A program made the translations under genes and the position numbers. From contig OZ243956.1 in assembly GCA_965214405.1 (NCBI GenBank), positions 864,001 through 928,000 on the forward strand: a DNA stretch of 64,000 nucleotides, given 5' to 3'. Positions 40,361-51,998 of the stretch are shown here, one piece after another. Below the pieces are notes generated by a model. It was not told the origin of the DNA and made no database searches. It saw nothing but the letters and a program-made list of their open reading frames with translations. Position 1 is the first letter of the stretch, and every line of letters starts with the position of its first letter. This DNA is from Trueperaceae bacterium. GTDB taxonomy: Bacteria; Deinococcota; Deinococci; Deinococcales; Trueperaceae.

Positions 40361-41239
40361 TCACCGCCGAATCACCGCGTTAAGTTCATCCCTCATCGCC
40401 TCAGCCGCCGCCCTCGCCCGCCCCGGAAAATCGTCCCCTTCGGTCACGTAGGTGAGGCCGCGGCTCGAGCTCACCACCGCCCCCAAGCCATTTTCGTCAA
40501 ACGCGGCGGCCACATCCTTAGCCCCGCCCCCCTGCGCGCCGTAGCCCGGCACGAGCAGCACGCTGTGCGGCAGGCTTTCCCGCAACGAAAGAAGCGCCTC
40601 CGGCTGCGTCGCGCCCACCACCGCGCCGACGGGGGCGTAGTGGGTGGGCTCGAGGTGCCTCTTCGCTCTCTCCGTCACCCGCTCAGCCACCCGCGCGTAA
40701 AGGGGACGCCCGCCCGCGTCCACGTCTTGAAAGTCGGCGCTGCCGGGGTTGGAGGTCTTGACGAGCACGAACAGACCCCGGTTGTTGTCTACTGCGGCGT
40801 TAACAAAAGGCTCGAGCCCGTCCATCCCCACATACGAATTGACGGTCAGCGCGTCCGCAGCGAACACGCCGTCGCCAAGGTACGCCCGCGCGTAGGCTTC
40901 CGCCGTCGCGCCGATGTCGCCGCGCTTGGCGTCCAAAATGACCGGAACGCCGCGCCCTCTTATATCCGCGAGAAGCTGCGCCATACTGATGAGGCCGGGG
41001 ATGCCGAGTGCTTCAAAAAAGGCCGACTGAAGCTTGTAGCAAGCCACCACGTCCTCGGTTGCTTCAATAATGCCCCGAAAATAGAACACCACCGCCTTGG
41101 CGACTTGCGCGGGGTCGCCGCCGAACCGTTGCGGGTGCGTCAGGGGGTGCGCCTCGGGGCGCGGGTCGATGCCTAAGCAGACGCGGGAACGGGTCTCGAG
41201 GATGCGCTGGTGAAGCTTATTAACAAAGGATGTGGACAT
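40361..41239 (-). CDS. pyrF: Orotidine-5'-phosphate decarboxylase
   Basis: CLGIDP, DAKRGDIGAT (DxKxxD), KTSNPGS, VVGAT, VPGYGAQGG, SSSR. Confidence 0.95.
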   Translation of the reverse strand: MSTSFVNKLHQRILETRSRVCLGIDPRPEAHPLTHPQRFGGDPAQVAKAVVFYFRGIIEATEDVVACYKLQSAFFEALGIPGLISMAQLLADIRGRGVPVILDAKRGDIGATAEAYARAYLGDGVFAADALTVNSYVGMDGLEPFVNAAVDNNRGLFVLVKTSNPGSADFQDVDAGGRPLYARVAERVTERAKRHLEPTHYAPVGAVVGATQPEALLSLRESLPHSVLLVPGYGAQGGGAKDVAAAFDENGLGAVVSSSRGLTYVTEGDDFPGRARAAAEAMRDELNAVIRR

Positions 41240-41297
41240 AGAGAATAGGGTAACAGATGGGTCTTCCTCAACCGTATCGGCTCTGCTAACAGAAGCG

Positions 41298-41432
41298 CTA
41301 GTGGGTCATCCGTCACGGTTTTAGCCATTCAGCCCTCGCTTTGATGAGAAGCAAACTTCTCGAGCTGGAGGTGAACGTTTTTTGAATAAGATGATTGCGG
41401 TAAGGCCACGTTCATGACGAATGACCCACTAG
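41298..41432. mobile_element. MITE-like non-autonomous element, 135 bp
   Basis: CTAGTGGGTCATCCGTCA (41298-41315) and TGACGAATGACCCACTAG (41415-41432): 18-bp inverted repeats with one mismatch, CTAG at both ends, no ORF. Confidence 0.7.
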
Positions 41433-41493
41433 ATGTTTTTTGTTGAAGTCTCGCTCGAGCTGTGTGATTAAATCTCACAGTTGAAACATAAAG

Positions 41494-41523
41494 AAGCGGT
41501 CAGTCGTGCGACTGACCGCTTTT
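41494..41523. terminator. Strong hairpin after secA
   Basis: AAGCGGTCAGTCG-tg-CGACTGACCGCTT with A- and T-rich flanks. Confidence 0.8.
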
Positions 41524-41543
41524 GATTTACATGTAGGGCTGAT

Positions 41544-44375
41544 TTACGCCGAGGGCTGGCTGGGCGCGTTCTGGCCCGCGCTCCCCGAGCGCCCGTGGCA
41601 GTGCTTGTACTTCTTGCCGCTACCGCAGGGACAGGGGTCGTTGCGGCCCACCTTGTCGTCCGCGCGGATGGGGGCGGTTTTGCCGCTACCGCCCGCGCCC
41701 ATGCCCGGTTGCGGCAGGTCCTTGGTGTCCGTGTAGGAGACCGGACGGCGCTGCTCCTTGCGCTCCAAGGCTCCGTCGCCTTCGGTCTGGACCTGCACGC
41801 GGAAGAGGAGCTTGGCGACGTTGAGGCGGATGTTGGCCTTCATCTCTTCAAACAAGTTGTAGGCTTCAAACGCGTATTCTTGCAAGGGGTTGCGCTGACC
41901 GTAACCGCGCAGGCCGATGCCCTGACGCAGCACGTCCATGTTGTGAAGCTGCTCTTTCCAGTGGTTGTCCACGACTTGCAGGACGATAAAGCGTTCCAAC
42001 TCGCGTAGGAGCGGCGCGCCGAGTTCGGCCTCGCGCGCTTTGTAGGCCTCCTCGATGGCGGGCACAAGCGTCTGCGTGGCCTCCTCGGGGTCCTGACCGC
42101 GCAACGCCTCGAAGTCGAAACCCTCCAACGCGGGCACCGCCTCGGTGATGGCGGCGCGGAGCTTGGGGATTTCTTGCTCCTCGGGCTCCAACTCGGGGTT
42201 TAAGTAGTTCTGCACCTGCGGGTCCACGTACTCGGCGATCATGTCCTGCACGTCTTCGGAGATGTCGTTCCCCAACAAGATGTCGCGGCGCTGCTTGTAG
42301 ATCACCTCGCGCTGCTTGCTCATCACGTTGTCAAACTCCAAGAGCTGCTTGCGGATGCCGAAGTTGCGGTCCTCGACGCGCTTTTGGGCGCGCTCAATCG
42401 CGCCCGTGACCATCTTGGCCTCGATGGGCTGTTCGTCGTCCATCCCCAGGCGGTCCATCATGCCCAGCACGCGTTCCGAAGCAAAGAGCCGCATGAGGTC
42501 GTCCTCGAAAGAGACGTAGAAGCGGCTCGAGCCCGGGTCACCCTGTCTTCCCGAACGCCCGCGGAGCTGGTTATCGATGCGCCGCGCCTCGTGGCGCTCG
42601 GTGCCGATGATGTGCAGGCCGCCCAACTCGACCACCTTGACGTGGTCGCGTTCGGCCTCGTCGCGGACGGTCTCGAGCTTCGGGATGATGTCGTGTGACA
42701 GCCCCTCGATTTTGTTGGTGAGGTCTCGAGCCTCGTCGGGCCTTTTGAGCATCACCGCCTTGATAAAGAGCTCGACGTCGCGGCTGTAGCGGCTCACGCC
42801 CTCGCGCTCCAAAAGCTGCCCTGCCAAGGCCTCGGGATTGCCGCCCAAGACGATGTCGGTCCCGCGGCCCGCCATGTTGGTCGAGATGGTCACCGCGCCG
42901 CTGCGTCCGGCTTGCGCGACGATCTCCGCCTCGCGCTCGTGATATTTCGCGTTCAGCACCTCGTGTTTGACGCCCTTACGCTTGAGCATATTAGAGAGTC
43001 GTTCGGACGCCTCAATCGTCACCGTGCCGACCAGGATGGGCTGGCCCTTTTTGTGGATCTCTTCAATCTCACTAACGACTGCGTTGTACTTGCCCTCAAT
43101 CGTGCGAAACACGATGTCGTCATGGTCGCCGCGGATGACGGGTTTATTCGTCGGGATAACGAGCACGTCCGAGCCGTAAATCTCCTGAAACTCTTTCTCC
43201 TCGGTTTTGGCCGTGCCAGTCATGCCCGCGATCTTGTCGTAAAGCTTGAAGAAGTTTTGATACGTGACCGTCGCCAGCGTCTGGTTCTCGCGCTCGATCT
43301 TCACGCCCTCTTTGGCCTCGATGGCCTGGTGGAGCCCCTCGCCAAAGCGCCGTCCGGGCATGAGGCGGCCCGTGAACTCGTCGACAATCAGGACCTGACC
43401 CTGCTCGTCTTTGACGTACTGCTTGTCTAAGTGATAGTGCTCCTTGGCGCGCAAAGCCTGCCGGAGCATGTGCGCCACCTCCATGTTTTTGGACGAGAAG
43501 AGGTCCTCGAGGTTGAGGCGCTCCTCCGCCTTTGAGATACCCTGCTCGGTGAGGTGGATGTCCTTGGTTTTTTCGTCCGCCGAATAGTCGCCCGTGGCGG
43601 GTTTTTCCTCGCCCTCGGCGGGCTCGCCGCGCTCTAGACCCTTCACGAGCTTCGCCATCGTGTAGTACATGTCGGTGGCGACTTCCGCGGGACCCGAGAT
43701 AATGAGCGGCGTTCTGGCCTCGTCAATCAGGATCGAGTCGACCTCGTCGATAACCGCGTAGTGCAGGGGCGTCGCTTCGCGCAGCACGAGCTGTTCGGGC
43801 CGAAAGGCCATGTTGTCGCGCAGGTAGTCAAAGCCAAGCTCGGAGTTAGTGATGTAGGTCACGTCGTTCCGGTAGGCCTCACGCCGCGCGGACGCGTCCG
43901 AGCCGTGCTTGATAACGCCGACGGTGAGCCCTAGGCCGCGGTACACCGGCCCCATCCACTCCGCGCCGGTCTCGGCCAAGTAGTCGTTGGTGGTGACTAG
44001 GTGCGTGCCCTTGTTGGTGAGCGCGTTGAGCGCCAGCGCGAGCGTGGCGACGAGCGTTTTGCCCTCGCCCGTTTTCATCTCCGAGATCTTGCCCTGGTGC
44101 AGCGCAGCGCCGCCGATAAGCTGCACGTCGTAGGGGCGCATCCCAAGGTTGCGCACCGCCGACTCGCGGGTGAGCGCGAAAGCTTCGGGAAGCAGCGCGT
44201 CCAAAGTCTCGCCGCCCTCTAAATGCCGCGTCCTAAGCTCGGCGTAGGCCGCTTTCAAGTCGGGCAGTTCTTTGACCTTGGGCTCGAGCGCCTTGACCGC
44301 CGCGACCACGTCGTTCTCGAGCCGCCTTACGTCTCGTTTATTGTTGTCGAACAGTTGGTTGATAAAGCCAAGCAT
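41544..44375 (-). CDS. secA: Preprotein translocase ATPase SecA
   Basis: [51 protein letters not shown]-terminal [19 protein letters not shown]. Confidence 0.98.
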   Translation of the reverse strand: MLGFINQLFDNNKRDVRRLENDVVAAVKALEPKVKELPDLKAAYAELRTRHLEGGETLDALLPEAFALTRESAVRNLGMRPYDVQLIGGAALHQGKISEMKTGEGKTLVATLALALNALTNKGTHLVTTNDYLAETGAEWMGPVYRGLGLTVGVIKHGSDASARREAYRNDVTYITNSELGFDYLRDNMAFRPEQLVLREATPLHYAVIDEVDSILIDEARTPLIISGPAEVATDMYYTMAKLVKGLERGEPAEGEEKPATGDYSADEKTKDIHLTEQGISKAEERLNLEDLFSSKNMEVAHMLRQALRAKEHYHLDKQYVKDEQGQVLIVDEFTGRLMPGRRFGEGLHQAIEAKEGVKIERENQTLATVTYQNFFKLYDKIAGMTGTAKTEEKEFQEIYGSDVLVIPTNKPVIRGDHDDIVFRTIEGKYNAVVSEIEEIHKKGQPILVGTVTIEASERLSNMLKRKGVKHEVLNAKYHEREAEIVAQAGRSGAVTISTNMAGRGTDIVLGGNPEALAGQLLEREGVSRYSRDVELFIKAVMLKRPDEARDLTNKIEGLSHDIIPKLETVRDEAERDHVKVVELGGLHIIGTERHEARRIDNQLRGRSGRQGDPGSSRFYVSFEDDLMRLFASERVLGMMDRLGMDDEQPIEAKMVTGAIERAQKRVEDRNFGIRKQLLEFDNVMSKQREVIYKQRRDILLGNDISEDVQDMIAEYVDPQVQNYLNPELEPEEQEIPKLRAAITEAVPALEGFDFEALRGQDPEEATQTLVPAIEEAYKAREAELGAPLLRELERFIVLQVVDNHWKEQLHNMDVLRQGIGLRGYGQRNPLQEYAFEAYNLFEEMKANIRLNVAKLLFRVQVQTEGDGALERKEQRRPVSYTDTKDLPQPGMGAGGSGKTAPIRADDKVGRNDPCPCGSGKKYKHCHGRSGSAGQNAPSQPSA

Positions 44376-44742
44376 GGGAACCTTCCTCAGTGGAACATTC
44401 GGTGGGATGGATTAAAGTCACGTAGTTCTAAGCTAGCATCTCAGCATCATAGATTAGCACGTGCGCATGACGGTTCTGTTAAGGAAGTGACTTAGTTGGC
44501 GGCTTAGTGAATGGCGTGGCCCGAAGCGCTCACCCGTCCCTTGTATCTTCCCTGGACCTTGCTCTACCCTACCTCACGCTTTTTTAGTAAGTCGTATTTC
44601 TAATAAGTCGTACGGGCGAACCCAAGAATTGTGGAGGATTTGATAACATATTCTCTGGGAACGAAGGCTCGAGCGTTTGTTAAACACTGGTTCGAGAGCA
44701 CGTTTCTAGTCGCCCGCCTTTACCCACCTGTACAGGAGCATT

Positions 44743-45516
44743 ATGAGTTACTTGGATTCGAGCTTGTTAGGCTTACTCATTCTCGTTGCACAAATCATTT
44801 GCGGGGTTCACGCCTACCGCAACGGCAGATACCTCTGGATTGCGCTCATCATCTTTGTCCCCGTCGTGGGCGTACTCATCTACTTTTTTGCCGAGCTGCT
44901 GCCCTCGCTGCGCGTCGACCGGCGCTTCCAGGGGGCCGGAACGCAGGTCATCAACACCTTGCAACCCACGCGCCGTTTGCAAGAGCTCGAGGAAATTTTG
45001 AGCGAACACGACACCATCGCCACCCGCCAGGCCTACGCCGAAGAGCTGATGCGTCACGGGCGTTTGGACGAGGCCATTGAGGTGCTCGAGGGCGGTCTCA
45101 GAGGCGTCTTCGCTGACGACCCACAGACGCTCTTCGCGCTCGCCAAGGCCTACGTCGCAAAGGATGAACCCGCCCACGCGCAGGCGATTTTGGACGACAT
45201 CCGCGAAGAAAGCCCCGGCTTCGAGCCCGACAAGGTGCGCTTGTTGCGCGCGCGCATGTTGGAGGCGCAGGGCAAGTTAGAAGCGGCCATCCCCGAATAC
45301 CGCGCGCTCGCGCAGCGCGGCTACAGCGAAGAGCCCCGCTACCACCTCGCTTTGGCCTTGGATAAAAGGGGCGATGCGGAGGCGGCGAACGAGGTTTTTG
45401 AGGGGGCGCTCAAGTATTACAACCGGTCGTCGGGGATTTATCGCCGCGAGAACAGTCCGTGGATAAGGGGTCTCAAGCAGCATTTTGCGAATCGGGGGCG
45501 GCAGGCAAGTCAGTAA
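44743..45516 (+). CDS. Membrane-anchored TPR protein
   Basis: Two N-terminal TM helices (VHAYRNGR..LWI...P.VG...YF) followed by TPR-like helices; AGGAG SD. Confidence 0.8.
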   Translation: MSYLDSSLLGLLILVAQIICGVHAYRNGRYLWIALIIFVPVVGVLIYFFAELLPSLRVDRRFQGAGTQVINTLQPTRRLQELEEILSEHDTIATRQAYAEELMRHGRLDEAIEVLEGGLRGVFADDPQTLFALAKAYVAKDEPAHAQAILDDIREESPGFEPDKVRLLRARMLEAQGKLEAAIPEYRALAQRGYSEEPRYHLALALDKRGDAEAANEVFEGALKYYNRSSGIYRRENSPWIRGLKQHFANRGRQASQ

Positions 45517-45583
45517 GCGTCGGGGTGGCGTTCAACAGGGGTGGAGCGACACGGTTTGGGTCGGGAGTGGGCTAAACTGGCGT

Positions 45584-47410
45584 ATGTCAAGGCGTGTTTG
45601 GGGACGGTGGCGTGCGGCTCTTAGCCTGTGGTGCCTTCTCGCCTCATGTGCCACAGCACAAACAACAGCACAGACCACAGCACAAGCTTCACGAGATATT
45701 GCGCTCGAGCTCGGCTTTTCGGGTGAGATGGTCGCGGACGCTTGGAACCCGCTGCGGCTCACCATGCGGGACGCGCCGAACGCGGAACTGGTCATCGACA
45801 TCGATCAGGGCGGGCTGCGCGAGGGTCCCAGGCTGGTCCGCTACCGCGCGCCGCTGCCCGCGGGGGGCGGGATGGCGGTGTTCGAGGATGACATTTACCT
45901 GCCCCCGCGCTGGCGCTCTTTCGCCTGGGCGGTGCGTAGCGGCGACGTCACGCTCGCCAGCGGCACCTTCGACCCGCGCGTGACGCTCAACCCGCGGCCC
46001 TTGCAGCTCGTGTCGGCGGACGGGGTGGGACGGTGGCGGGCGCTTTTTGAGGGCTCGAGTAACAGCTCGAGTGGCGGCTCTGACACTGATAACTTGAGTG
46101 GCGGCTCTAGTACGGGCGGCTCTAGCACCCTCGGGACTGACGGTACTGACGGTGAGGCCCGCGTCATCGAGGTGACGGGCAGTCTGCCCGAGCGCGCCGC
46201 CGCTTACGACGGCGTCGAGACGCTTCTGCTGGACGGGACCGCGCCCGCGCCGCGTTTAGAGGCGGTGATCGCGGCGGCGGCGGGGGGCGTCACGGTGCTG
46301 CTGATAGACCCGCTGCCGCAAAACTTTGAGCCTCTGCGCGCGCTCGCGCCCGAACCGGCCCAGCGTTTGGGTAGCGGCTGGCTCGTACGCAGTTCAGACG
46401 GGGACGCGGAGGCTGCCTCTTTGGGCACCGTACGGGACACTGTGTTAGGGAACACTGTGTTAGACACTGTAGACGTCTCCGCGCTCACTAGCGCGCTGCT
46501 TACGCCGGACTTGCTCGAGGCCCCCCAGGGCGCTCCCACCAGACCGCTTCTTTTCGGGCTCACGGCTTACCTTCTCCTCACCTTTTTACTCGTCCGGTTT
46601 GGGGGCACGCCGGGGCTCCTTACCGCGCTCGCAGTGGTGCCCGTGGCGTCTTTCGCCGCCTGGGGGTACGTGCGGCCCTCGTCCGAGATGCCCGTGCGCT
46701 CCCGGACTCTAAGCATCGGCGCGGGCGGGCTCGCCTACAAGGGCGAAGTGAGGACGTTCTTTCGCTTTTCCAGGGGCGAGGTGACGGGGCCGCCCCAGGC
46801 GAGGCTCCTGGAGGCCGACACCCTGGCGACCAATACGGTGGCGGAAGCTCTCAGAGACGTGTTGCAGGACGCGGCACCTGCCACAACTTCCGGCACCGCC
46901 GGTGCGGACGTTCTTTACGAGCGGACGCCCGAAGGGCTCCGGTTCGACTTGCCGCGCTGGTCGTCGGTGGCGCTCCTGCTGGCCCCTCGGCTCGAGCCCG
47001 CCCGCTTAGAATGGCAAGACGGCGCGCTCGTCAACACGGGGACGGACGCGCTGGTGGACGTGTACATCGTCGGCGAGGGCCTTCAGGAGGACGCCCCACC
47101 CGCCAGCGCCCAGACGCCCCGCGCGGGCGAGGAGAACACGCGCGACCTGCCCCTCGTCTACCGAGAACTCCTGCCCCGGCTGCCCGAGGGTGCCGCCATC
47201 GCCAGGCAAGGCGGTCACATCTTTGTGGCGCTACCCGAGTCTCCTGGTGATCCAAAAAATAGGGGCGCTCAGAGCATGGATGTTTGGAACACGGATGTTC
47301 AGCGCGTTGATGTTCGACCTACCGACGCGCAGAATTTGCAGAATTTTAAGCAGAGTTTTCATCAGAGGACGCCGCCAACCTATGTGGATTATGTAGGAAG
47401 CGCGCCGTGA
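45584..47410 (+). CDS. Hypothetical exported/membrane protein
   Basis: Signal peptide, GFSG...W.PL beta-rich N-domain, two internal TM helices, short repeat insertions. TAAACT 5 nt before ATG 45584. Confidence 0.7.
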   Translation: MSRRVWGRWRAALSLWCLLASCATAQTTAQTTAQASRDIALELGFSGEMVADAWNPLRLTMRDAPNAELVIDIDQGGLREGPRLVRYRAPLPAGGGMAVFEDDIYLPPRWRSFAWAVRSGDVTLASGTFDPRVTLNPRPLQLVSADGVGRWRALFEGSSNSSSGGSDTDNLSGGSSTGGSSTLGTDGTDGEARVIEVTGSLPERAAAYDGVETLLLDGTAPAPRLEAVIAAAAGGVTVLLIDPLPQNFEPLRALAPEPAQRLGSGWLVRSSDGDAEAASLGTVRDTVLGNTVLDTVDVSALTSALLTPDLLEAPQGAPTRPLLFGLTAYLLLTFLLVRFGGTPGLLTALAVVPVASFAAWGYVRPSSEMPVRSRTLSIGAGGLAYKGEVRTFFRFSRGEVTGPPQARLLEADTLATNTVAEALRDVLQDAAPATTSGTAGADVLYERTPEGLRFDLPRWSSVALLLAPRLEPARLEWQDGALVNTGTDALVDVYIVGEGLQEDAPPASAQTPRAGEENTRDLPLVYRELLPRLPEGAAIARQGGHIFVALPESPGDPKNRGAQSMDVWNTDVQRVDVRPTDAQNLQNFKQSFHQRTPPTYVDYVGSAP

Positions 47411-48060
47411 GTTCTTTCGACTCGCCAACGTCCCCCGTACGCCCGCTGGACGCGCTTAGCGCGCGCTTAAGAAGCGCCGACATGGTCCAGGTGATGGTCG
47501 GCTACTTTGCACTCCTCGTGTTCGTGCTCCTTTTCGCCTGGCCCGCCGCGTCGTCCCCCGTGGCGGCGCGCCCGAACGACAGTTGGTTCGTCTTCACGCA
47601 GGTCAAGCTTTTGGCGCTCCTTTTGCTCGGCCTTTCTTACGGCGCAAACGTCGTCCCGGCTCCCGCTGCCGAGCGCCGGGTCACGCTCGGGGCGCTTTTG
47701 GTGCTGGCGGTCTTTACGCTGCCGCTCGAGCTTGGGGCCTACGCGGGTTCGTTACCGGGCGCGCCCCTCACCTGGTCGCCGCTGCTGGGGTTCCTCACCG
47801 TCTGCGGGTTTTTCGGCGTGGGGCTCGCGTTGGGCGGGCTGCTCGGGGTGCTGCGGCTCCGCGCGCTCTTACCGCTCGCGGTGCCGCTCCTCGTGGTGGG
47901 GCTCTTTTTCGGCGACCTCTGGCTCGGCCTGCCGCTCCTCAACCCGTCGAACGCCGCGAACCGCGTGACGCTTCCCTACCTCGCGTTCTCAGGTTTCTTA
48001 AGTCTCGGCACGTTTCTTTACCTCCTTCGCCCTACCAAAATTGAGAGGACCCCACTGTAA
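47407..48060 (+). CDS. Hypothetical polytopic membrane protein
   Basis: About six hydrophobic segments; GTGA overlap with the upstream gene. Confidence 0.7.
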   Translation: MSSFDSPTSPVRPLDALSARLRSADMVQVMVGYFALLVFVLLFAWPAASSPVAARPNDSWFVFTQVKLLALLLLGLSYGANVVPAPAAERRVTLGALLVLAVFTLPLELGAYAGSLPGAPLTWSPLLGFLTVCGFFGVGLALGGLLGVLRLRALLPLAVPLLVVGLFFGDLWLGLPLLNPSNAANRVTLPYLAFSGFLSLGTFLYLLRPTKIERTPL

Positions 48061-48062
48061 TC

Positions 48063-49643
48063 ATGATTCGCCCCAGCCGACGCCGCTCACCACGCTCTAC
48101 GCCTCCGCCGCCCTTTACGCTGCACCACCGCCTCGCGCGCCGCCGCACCGTACGGCTGCGGCTCCTGCGGTGCAGCGCGCTCGCGCTCGCGCTGTCGCTC
48201 GTCTTGTGGCTTGCTGGCGCACCTCTGCTCCTGCATCTTGCCAGCGTGGTCCTGGGGTTCGCGCTGGGTTTTCTCGCGCCCCTCAAGCCGCAAGAGCCGT
48301 GGGCGCTCGCCTGGATCGAGGGCGAGATGGGCATGAGCTACCGCACCGCGCTCGAGCACGGCGAAAACGACCCCTACGGCTTTCACAAGGCAACGTTAGC
48401 GCGCGCGGAAGGGTTGGCGGGGGGGCTCGAGCCGCCCGCCGAGCAACCGTGGTGGCTGCCCGCGCTCGTGCTCGCGCTGGGCTTAGTCGTTCTCCCGGCG
48501 GTCGGGTTTCCCGGAAACCCGTTTTCGCTTCCAGGCTTGGGCGCGACCACGGAGGCTCCCGCAGAGGGCGCATCCACACCCGCCCCGCCCCCACCCGAAA
48601 CTCCGCCCGCAGGCGCAGAGGGAGAAGGAAGCGAGACGCCGCAAGAAGCGTCCGATCCTGCCCAGAGTCCCGGCGAGGGCGCAAACGGCAGCGACTCGAG
48701 CGATTTTGACACCGCCAACGGCTCCGAAGGCGGCGACGCCGCTACGTCTGACAGTGAAGCGTTGTCGCGCTTTCTGGACGCGCGCCAAGACGCGGGTAAC
48801 GACACCGATACCGACGCGTCACAGGCGCAGGGGGGCGCATCCTCTCCTACCGACGCCTTGAGCGATTCAGGCGCGAGCGAGGAAGGCTCAGCCGGGGGAG
48901 CCGACCGCCAGGCCGCGCAAACCTCCCCGGCCAACGCGCAACAAAACGCCCAACAAGGCGAGGGTCCCGGTGACGCGGGGGCTCAAGAGGGTTCGCAGGA
49001 CGCGTCTGGGGCGTCCCAAGAGCAAGGGGAGCAAAACGCCGCGCAGGCCGGTCAAGAGAACAGTCAACAAGAGGGGCAAGAAGCCGGTCAAGGCGCTCAG
49101 GAAGGCTCACAAGAAAATGGCGGCGAAAGCGCCGCGTCTGAGGAGAGCGCCGCGCAGGACGCTGGGCAAGCTCAGGAACAAGAACAGGCCCAGGCGGGTT
49201 CAGCCGAACAGACCGAGGGGCAAGAGGGTTCGCAGAGCGCCGAAGCGCCCAATCAGGGTGAGGCGGGCGCGCAAGAGGGCGGGCCACAAGAGGGACAGGG
49301 GAGGGCGGGCGCGCAAGCGTCTGGAGACGGTGAGGGCGACGCGCAGGCCCAGGGCAGCGGCGAGGGTGACGGCGCGGGCGCGACCGGTTCGGCCCCCCAA
49401 CCGTCAGACCAAACAACCGCGGGCCTCGAAGGCTCCCCCCAAACCCCGCCCGAATTTTTGGGCGGCAGACGCCAGGAGGGCGAGTCAGCGCGAGGCGGCG
49501 CGCTCCAACTCCCCGGCGCGGACCCCGGCACCCGCCCCGCAGGCGAGGCCGCTGGAGGCTTCGACAGGTCGGTCGAGCGGGCGATTACTGAGGGCCGGAT
49601 TCCGGTGGAGTATCAGGAGATGCTGCGGAACTACTTTCGGTAG
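48063..49643 (+). CDS. Membrane protein with long acidic Q/E/G/A/S low-complexity stalk
   Basis: Three TM segments, more than 300 aa of low complexity, C-terminal IPVEYQEMLRNYF. Confidence 0.75.
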   Translation: MIRPSRRRSPRSTPPPPFTLHHRLARRRTVRLRLLRCSALALALSLVLWLAGAPLLLHLASVVLGFALGFLAPLKPQEPWALAWIEGEMGMSYRTALEHGENDPYGFHKATLARAEGLAGGLEPPAEQPWWLPALVLALGLVVLPAVGFPGNPFSLPGLGATTEAPAEGASTPAPPPPETPPAGAEGEGSETPQEASDPAQSPGEGANGSDSSDFDTANGSEGGDAATSDSEALSRFLDARQDAGNDTDTDASQAQGGASSPTDALSDSGASEEGSAGGADRQAAQTSPANAQQNAQQGEGPGDAGAQEGSQDASGASQEQGEQNAAQAGQENSQQEGQEAGQGAQEGSQENGGESAASEESAAQDAGQAQEQEQAQAGSAEQTEGQEGSQSAEAPNQGEAGAQEGGPQEGQGRAGAQASGDGEGDAQAQGSGEGDGAGATGSAPQPSDQTTAGLEGSPQTPPEFLGGRRQEGESARGGALQLPGADPGTRPAGEAAGGFDRSVERAITEGRIPVEYQEMLRNYFR

Positions 49644-49686
49644 CGTCAACAGGTTTCCAAAGGGTAGGAACGAAGGTTTAGAGGGT

Positions 49687-50283
<597 letters not shown>

Positions 50284-50335
50284 CCCGTCAATCTACCGCA
50301 CGCTTTCCCTTGGCGGACCGTGCTACACTGCCTCT

Positions 50336-50401
50336 ATGAAACGGTTTTTCGTCACCCGCACCATTATTTGCACTGTCACCCGCACCACGCGATGTTGCTG
50401 A
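50336..50401 (+). CDS. Putative leaderless cysS leader peptide MKRFFVTRTIICTVTRTTRCC
   Basis: TACACT (50324-50329) 6 nt before the ATG; 21 codons ending TGT TGC TGA; 104 nt upstream of cysS. Confidence 0.7.
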   Translation: MKRFFVTRTIICTVTRTTRCC

Positions 50402-50505
50402 CTCAAGGCTGACGAACCCGTCTTTTCCTTTTCAAAACAACTTAGAATTTACCTGGGTCAAACGCGACATAATGCTTTTGACTTTCTTCCGCTTTAGGAG
50501 CTCCT

Positions 50506-51957
50506 ATGGCTTTACAGCTTTACAACACCATGACGCGGCGCAAAGAACCCTTTGAACCCGTGACGCCGGGGCGCGTCGGCATCTACGTCTGCGGTCCTAC
50601 CGTCTACAGCGAACCGCACATCGGCAACGCGCGCGGCCCCGTTTTTTTCGACGTGGTGAGGCGCTGGTTAGAGCGCGAGGGTTACGCCGTGCGCTACGTT
50701 TCCAACGTGACCGACGTGGGGCATCTCACGGACGACGCGGACGAGGGCGAGGACAAGCTCTTGAAGCGCGCCAGGTTGGAACAGTTGGAGCCGATGGAAA
50801 TCGCCGAAAAATACTTCTGGATTTATTTCGACGCGATGACCAAACTCGGCGTGCGCCGCCCCGACGTGGTCCCGCGCGCCTCGGGGCATATCATCGAGCA
50901 GATTGGGATGACGGAGACGCTTTTGGAGCGCGGGCTGGCTTACGAAAGGGACGGCAACGTCTATTTCGATGTGTCGGCTTGGGACGCCTATGGCGAACTC
51001 TCCGGGCGCAACCCGGAGGATTTGCTAGAGGGCACGCGGGTGACGGTTCGGGGTGACAAGGACGACCCTCGAGACTTCGCCCTCTGGAAACGCGCCGAGG
51101 GGGGTCACATCATGCGCTGGCCGAGCCCGTGGGGCGAGGGCTATCCGGGCTGGCATATCGAGTGCTCGGTCATGAGCACCAAATACTTGGGCGACGAATT
51201 CGACATCCACGGCGGCGGTCTGGACCTCCTCTTCCCGCACCACGAGTGCGAGATTGCCCAGGCGAGGGGCGCGGGTAAGCCTTTCGCGCGTTACTGGCTG
51301 CACTGGAACTTCCTGACCTTTGGCGGCGAGAAGATGGCGAAGTCCAAGGGGGCCTTGGCGCTCTCCGAGCTTCTCAAAGAACACGACCCCCTCGCCCTGC
51401 GCTTCCACCTGCTCTCGGCTCACTACCGCAGCGTCAGCGACTTCTCAGACGAGAGCTTGCGCAGCAGCGCGCAGGGTCTCAAGCGCATTCAAGACGCCTA
51501 CCGCGAGGTGCTAAAGCGTGTGGGCGAGGCTGAGGTTGTGGCTCCCAAAGAGGACCCGTTAGCGGGCTACCGCGACCGCTTCGCCGAGGCGATGAACGAC
51601 GACTTCAACACGCCGCAGGCCGTCGCGGCGCTTTTCGACGCGACGAGGGAAATCAACGCGGCTCTGGCTCCTGGAAAAGGGGTGAAAGGGGCAGGCCTCG
51701 AGTATTTAGCCGCCGCACGCGCCTTTTACGAAGACCTCGCCGGAGAGGTGCTGGGCGTGCTGGGAACGCCCGAGACGACCCGACCGGGCGCGGACTTAGG
51801 CACGCTGGACGGACTTCTGGACCTCGTCATCGCCCAGCGGCAGGAGGCGCGGCTGAGGCGCGACTTCGCGGGGGCCGACGCCATTCGTGACCGGCTGGCG
51901 GCGCTCGGGGTGGTGCTCGAGGACACCCCCGACGGCAGCCGCTGGAAGCTGGCGTGA
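50506..51957 (+). CDS. cysS: Cysteine--tRNA ligase
   Basis: [44 protein letters not shown]. Confidence 0.97.
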   Translation: MALQLYNTMTRRKEPFEPVTPGRVGIYVCGPTVYSEPHIGNARGPVFFDVVRRWLEREGYAVRYVSNVTDVGHLTDDADEGEDKLLKRARLEQLEPMEIAEKYFWIYFDAMTKLGVRRPDVVPRASGHIIEQIGMTETLLERGLAYERDGNVYFDVSAWDAYGELSGRNPEDLLEGTRVTVRGDKDDPRDFALWKRAEGGHIMRWPSPWGEGYPGWHIECSVMSTKYLGDEFDIHGGGLDLLFPHHECEIAQARGAGKPFARYWLHWNFLTFGGEKMAKSKGALALSELLKEHDPLALRFHLLSAHYRSVSDFSDESLRSSAQGLKRIQDAYREVLKRVGEAEVVAPKEDPLAGYRDRFAEAMNDDFNTPQAVAALFDATREINAALAPGKGVKGAGLEYLAAARAFYEDLAGEVLGVLGTPETTRPGADLGTLDGLLDLVIAQRQEARLRRDFAGADAIRDRLAALGVVLEDTPDGSRWKLA

Positions 51958-51998
51958 AGTCTCACCGGAGGCTTCACCGCTAGCACAAACTTACGGGA

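Noticed and set aside
48540..49560. Repetitive CAAGAG/CAGGAA-rich DNA as a repeat array
   Set aside because: Explained by the Q/E/G/A-rich low-complexity coding region of the 526-aa protein.
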